Shown here: positions 63,446 to 64,000 of the stretch, one piece after another | Layout of the letters: each line of letters opens with the position of its first letter | How positions within the stretch are numbered: position 1 is the first letter of the stretch | Notes under the pieces: generated by a model | Told to the model about the DNA's origin: nothing | Database searches by the model: none | The model's input: the letters and a program-made list of their open reading frames with translations, nothing else | Assembly: GCA_050613775.1 (NCBI GenBank) | Contig: JBODTK010000118.1 | Location: 1 to 64,000, forward strand | DNA: 64,000 bases | Origin: Neocallimastix sp. 'constans' | Taxonomy: Eukaryota | Reading direction: 5' to 3' | Translations under genes and position numbers: made by a program

Positions 63446-64000
63446 TTGACAATATTAATAATAATAGAAAAAAATTAAACAGAAAATAATTATCCATTGT
63501 TTTTAATTTTTAATTATTATTTAATTAATATTTTATTATTATTATTATTATATAAAATTATTTATTGCTATAATTATTATTATATAAAGTTATCTATTGT
63601 TATCATTATGTAAAATATATATATATATAAATATATACTTTATTATTTATTATATAAAATTGTTTTATTCTGTTTATGATAATGTTGATTTTTTTAATTT
63701 ATAATATTGGACTATTTAATAATAATTTGAATTAGTTTATCTAAAATATTAGTGTTTGATGAAGTGGAATAATATTTTTTCTTGTAAAAATATATCTAAA
63801 ATTATCTATAATTATTAATTTATACTAATTATTAATTTATACTTATTAATTTATCCTATTATAAATTTACTATCCATTATTAGTTTTTATTTTTCATTAT
63901 TATTATTATTATTTTTTATTAGTAATATTCAGTATCTATATATATATTGTAAAGTGGTTATTTTAGGTTTACTCAATTAAAATATAATAAATAATAATAT

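Overview
Extremely AT-rich, intron-dense eukaryotic DNA; composition, gene structure and transposon types suggest an anaerobic gut fungus (Neocallimastigomycota), which is an inference. Three spliced host genes (isochorismatase-domain protein, Mediator MED17, RRS1) and an elongator tRNA-Met gene flank a ~38 kb transposon block (7955-~46000). The block starts 14 bp upstream of the tRNA. It is a stack of same-orientation Ty3/Gypsy LTR retrotransposons of one lineage (E1, E2, E5 and further LTR starts), separated only by 3-4 bp T-rich target duplications; E1, next to the tRNA, has more similar LTRs than E2. This suggests repeated tRNA/Pol III-targeted integration at one site. The lineage has a tRNA-Ala-type PBS set 6-8 nt from the LTR, a covarying ~160-nt structured leader RNA, a UUUAAAC + pseudoknot -1 frameshift and a DSC protease motif. 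Nested within are two head-to-head chromodomain-type elements (E3, E4) with a Tf1-like self-priming signature. MULE-type DNA elements with 9-bp TSDs follow. Two unexplained GC-richer structured islands (3030-3230, 57060-57607) are ncRNA candidates. All comparisons were made by eye; no searches were run.
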